Shown here piece by piece: positions 62,871 through 64,000 of a stretch of 64,000 bases of DNA. Each line of letters begins with the position of its first letter. Position 1 is the stretch's first letter. The DNA is from the human T2T-CHM13v2.0 reference genome, Homo sapiens: the NCBI RefSeq assembly GCF_009914755.1, contig NC_060927.1. The stretch is one strand, 5' to 3'. The position numbers and the translations under genes were made by a program. The notes below the pieces were generated by a model that was not told the DNA's origin, did not search any database, and was given only the letters and a program-made list of their open reading frames with translations.

Positions 62871-63030
62871 TTTTTCTTTTCTTTCTTTCTTTCTTTTTTT
62901 TTTTTTTAGAGTCTGTCATCCAGCCTGGAGTACAGTGGTGTGATCATAGCTCACTGCAGCCTTGAGCTCCTGGGCTCAAATGATCCTCCCCACTCAGCCT
63001 CCTAAAGGGCTGGGATTACAGGTGTAAGCA
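62871..63030 (-). mobile_element. FLAM-like Alu monomer
   Basis: Single-arm antisense Alu. Confidence 0.85.
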
Positions 63031-63050
63031 TCAAATCTCTTAAAAGCTTC

Positions 63051-63184
63051 TTCACTATCATGAGAAAAACATGGGGGAAACTGCCCCCATGATCAAATCA
63101 CCTCCCACCAGTTCCCTCCCTCAACACGTGGGGATTACAATTCGAGATGAGATTTGAGTGGGGATTCAGAGCCAAACCATGTCA
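63051..63184 (-). mobile_element. THE1/MST LTR fragment
   Basis: tcactatcatgaga...ccccatgatcaaatcacctcccacc...gatgagatttg...gagccaaaccatgtca. Confidence 0.85.
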
Positions 63185-63827
63185 GATGGTAAACAAAAAT
63201 CAAAGAAAAATATAGCATAATGTCATGAAGAATCAAAAACAGTTAGGAAATAGAGATAACGGGAATGCTTTTTAAGAGTGAGTTTCCAAAAAAGCCTGTC
63301 TGATGAGGTGGTATTTGAGCTGAGGTATGAATGAAATGAGGGAAAAGGGTCTCAGGCAGCAGCGCAGCAGTGTAAAGGCACTAAGGTAAGAGCTTGCTTG
63401 GCTTCTTTTAAAAATAGCAACATATTCCTGGAAAGGAGTGCATGACAGGTGTGCAATGGAAAACGAAGCTGGAAAATGCAAAGGGTGGATAATCTGTTAC
63501 CTAGGTGGTTGTTATTCTAAGTGTCATGGGAAGCTATTGGAAGGTTTTGAGTGAATCACATGGTGTGACAATTTCAGGGAGGGATACATCACAGAGGCAA
63601 TATTGCTATGCCACTTCAGACATATTAGCATGCTGCTTTCCCAAAGTTCCGTCATTAGTCATTGTTAGCTCTGTGGCTAGAAGACAAAGAAGAGTTTCTT
63701 GAAGTGGGAAAAGAAATTATGGTACTCTCCTTCTAAGTTGAGAATATCCTCTTGGCAAACAGCATGGTGCATGAATAGGTTTGTTGAATGAGTGAAAGAA
63801 ATAATGAATGAAACAACAGTGAAGGCA

Positions 63828-64000
63828 TTTTTTTTTTTGAGACAAAGTCTCACTCTGTCATCTAGGCTGAAGTGCAGTGGTGCGATCTCCTCACTGCAAC
63901 TTCTGTTTCCCGGGTTCAAGTGATTCTCCTGCCTCAGCCACCCTAATAGCTGGGATTACAGGCATGCCCCAACATGCCTGACTAAGTTTTCTATTTTTGG
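63828..64000 (-). mobile_element. Alu, truncated by window edge
   Basis: Poly-T plus antisense right arm. Confidence 0.92.

Overview
Human genomic DNA (a near-consensus AluYa5 is present) at the TOMM70/LNP1 head-to-head locus, recalled as 3q12.2. The window opens in a CpG island holding the first coding exon of TOMM70 on the minus strand (ATG at 308, running off the left edge). It also contains the whole plus-strand LNP1 gene: non-coding exon 1 ending at 1798 and coding exons 29081-29236, 51027-51314 and 55141-55290. This haplotype encodes a 197-aa LNP1 with two copies of a 19-aa repeat in exon 3; the 178-aa reference protein I recall has one. The rest is repeat-dense: about 25 Alus, several L1s, a two-LTR MER4A-type ERV1 provirus (41602-50907) with nested L1 and Alu, a THE1/MST MaLR element, MLT1/MLT2 LTRs, DNA transposons, a CR1/L3 remnant and a tailless 5S rRNA retropseudogene. 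No novel system can be proven from sequence alone. The best leads are (i) a possible decayed multi-exon antisense gene in LNP1 intron 1, (ii) the diverged 57-bp coding duplication, (iii) an unusual AUG architecture at the LNP1 start and (iv) a long perfect hairpin near 26.55 kb. Repeat subfamily names come from memory of consensus sequences, and repeat boundaries are approximate unless a TSD is quoted.
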